The notes under the pieces: generated by a model
Databases searched by the model: none
The model's input: only the letters and a program-made list of their open reading frames with translations
Told to the model about the DNA's origin: nothing
NCBI RefSeq assembly: GCF_006345805.1
Contig: NC_043003.1
Span: 17,794,001 to 17,858,000, forward strand
Origin: Octopus sinensis
Lineage: Eukaryota
Length of the DNA stretch: 64,000 nt
Reading direction: 5' to 3'
In this document: one piece after another, positions 62,368-64,000 of the stretch
How positions within the stretch are numbered: the first letter of the stretch is position 1
Layout of the letters: every line of letters begins with the position of its first letter
Translations under genes and position numbers: made by a program

Positions 62368-62458
62368 GAAAACAATTAAATGTGACGATGAAGTAACCAA
62401 ACTTTATGAGGAAATGGAATACCAGATTAAACAAGAAAAAGAAGCAATACTCAATAAG
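62368..62458 (+). CDS. CRACR2A: Coding exon 4 of CRACR2A-like gene (91 nt, phase 2 to 0); gene continues beyond the window
   Basis: Acceptor tttcaaattgcag ending 62367; donor AAG|GTAGGT at 62459. Reads (V)KTIKCDDEVTKLYEEMEYQIKQEKEAILNK, matching the family coiled-coil motif D.E...LYEEME.QIK.EK and joining exon 3 without a gap. Confidence 0.9.
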
Positions 62459-62479
62459 GTAGGTTGGAGATATTTCTAT

Positions 62480-63062
62480 TGGCACAGGCAGCTTGCTTCC
62501 CAACCATATGATTCTGGGTTCAGTCCAATTGCATGGCACCATGAGCAGTTGTCTTCTGTTATAACCTTGGGCCGACCAGAGCCTTGTGAGTGGATTTGGT
62601 AAACGGAAACTGAAAGAAGCCTGTCATATATATATATATGTATATATTTATGTATGTGTGTCTGTGTTTGTTCACCCCACCATTGCTTGACAACTGATGC
62701 TGATGTGTTTATGTCCCTGTAACTTAGCAGTTTGGCGCAAAGAATAAGTTCTGGGGTCGATTTCTTCGACTATAACCCTTTAAGGAGGTGCCCCTGCATG
62801 GCTGCAGTTATGTAAAAGAATATCATTTATAAGCGGCACGTAAAAAGCACTAACTGATCGTGGCCATTTCCAGCCTCCTCTGGCCCCTGTGACAACCGAT
62901 GCTGGTGTGTTTACGTCCCTGTAACTTAGTAGTTTGGCAAAAGAGACTGATAGAATAAGTACTGGGCTTACAAAGAATAAGTCCTGGGGTTGATTTGCTT
63001 GACTAAAGGCACTGCTCCAGCATGGCCGCAGTCAAATAACTGAAACAAGTAAAAGAGTAAAA
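62480..63062 (+). mobile_element. Family-A SINE followed by a second 3' half
   Basis: Copies at about 62480-62820 and 62888-63062. Confidence 0.7.
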
Positions 63063-63853
63063 GATTATACAATGCACCCTTTTTCAGTACCTTTATAAAT
63101 GTCTTGCGTACAACATGGATGAATAGTTAAAAAGTTCGCTTTGCAATTACAAGGTCTCAGGTTCGATCCCACAGCATAACATTTTGAGCAAAAGCCATTA
63201 TTTTCTCTTGGCTCTTGAGTAAAAATTGAAGATACAGAATTTACAATGGTAACTCATCACGTAGATTGTGCCTAATTGAAATGTTCAGCTTCATCACAGT
63301 GTACTCTACTGATTCTACCTGAGACCTGCATGAAGGATATAAATATCTGTGGAATACTCAGCCACGTTTATGCTAATTCGATGAGCCTGATAGGCTGGTT
63401 GGTCTAACAGCTGAATTTTCATGTGACTGTAGGGTATGATTTGAAGAAGATTTAACTGCTATTTTTAGCATGGGAAACAAGCTCATAGAAACTTATTTAT
63501 TTACTTGAAAAGAACTGGTTTAAAAATGTTGGTGTGTTTTGAATTACAAAATGATTGTGAATAAATTGGTGCAAGCATGGCTTTGTGGTTAAAATGCTTG
63601 CTTTGCAACCATGTGGTTCTGGGTTCAGTTCCGCTGCACAGTATCTTGTGCAAGTGTCTTCTAGTATATAGCTCCAGGTCAGCAGAAACTCTGTGGGTAG
63701 CCTGTCGTGTGTGTGTGTCCCTACCACTGCTTGACAACTGCTGTTGGTTTGTTTATGTCCCTGTAATCTAGCAGTTCAGGAAAATAGACCGATAGAATTA
63801 GTACCTGATTTAAAAATGAATACTTGGGTCAATCTACTGTTCTATATGCCCAC

Positions 63854-63941
63854 GGGCATGTGGCGTAGTGGTTACGAGCGCAGGCTTCTAATCCCAAAAT
63901 TCCGAGTTCAATTCCAAGCTGTGACCTGAACAATAATAATG

Positions 63942-63973
<32 letters not shown>

Positions 63974-64000
63974 TAATGATAATAATAATAACATCGAAGA
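63854..64000 (+). mobile_element. Second family-H copy: intact tRNA-like head plus (AAT)n, cut by the window edge
   Basis: A box TGGCGTAGTGG 63861-71; B box GAGTTCAATTCC 63904-15; then gtgacctgaacaataataat...aacatcgaa, as at 47603-47650. Confidence 0.65.

Noticed and set aside
63854-63925. Possible tRNA gene (also the other A/B-box heads)
   Set aside because: No complete acceptor stem or oligo-T terminator; each continues into a SINE body.

Overview
Eukaryotic, AT-rich, repeat-saturated genomic DNA. The repeat content (tRNA-headed SINEs with internal TA/TG microsatellites, RTE-type LINE 3' ends ending in (GAT)n) suggests an octopus or other coleoid cephalopod; this is an inference. Only one protein-coding gene is supportable: the first four coding exons (+ strand; 21548-21803, 33807-33939, 37995-38153, 62368-62458; 639 nt = 213 codons, all GT-AG and phase-consistent) of a CRACR2A/EFCAB4B (Rab46)-type EF-hand plus coiled-coil protein, which continues past the right edge. 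The rest is upstream or intronic sequence filled with about six SINE-like families, decayed RTE and CR1 LINE ends, mariner-derived fold-back elements, TTAA-flanked MITEs, a hAT-like MITE, Helentron-like elements and microsatellites. Almost all ORF-track entries are repeat artefacts. Main hunt result: seven minimal type-I hammerhead-ribozyme motifs with palindromic helix III (the Penelope-like-element/retrozyme architecture), in at least five different sequence contexts. One forms the tail of an element with a tRNA-derived Pol III head, i.e. a candidate hammerhead-bearing SINE. None of this was tested computationally or experimentally. Repeat boundaries are approximate and family letters are my own working labels.
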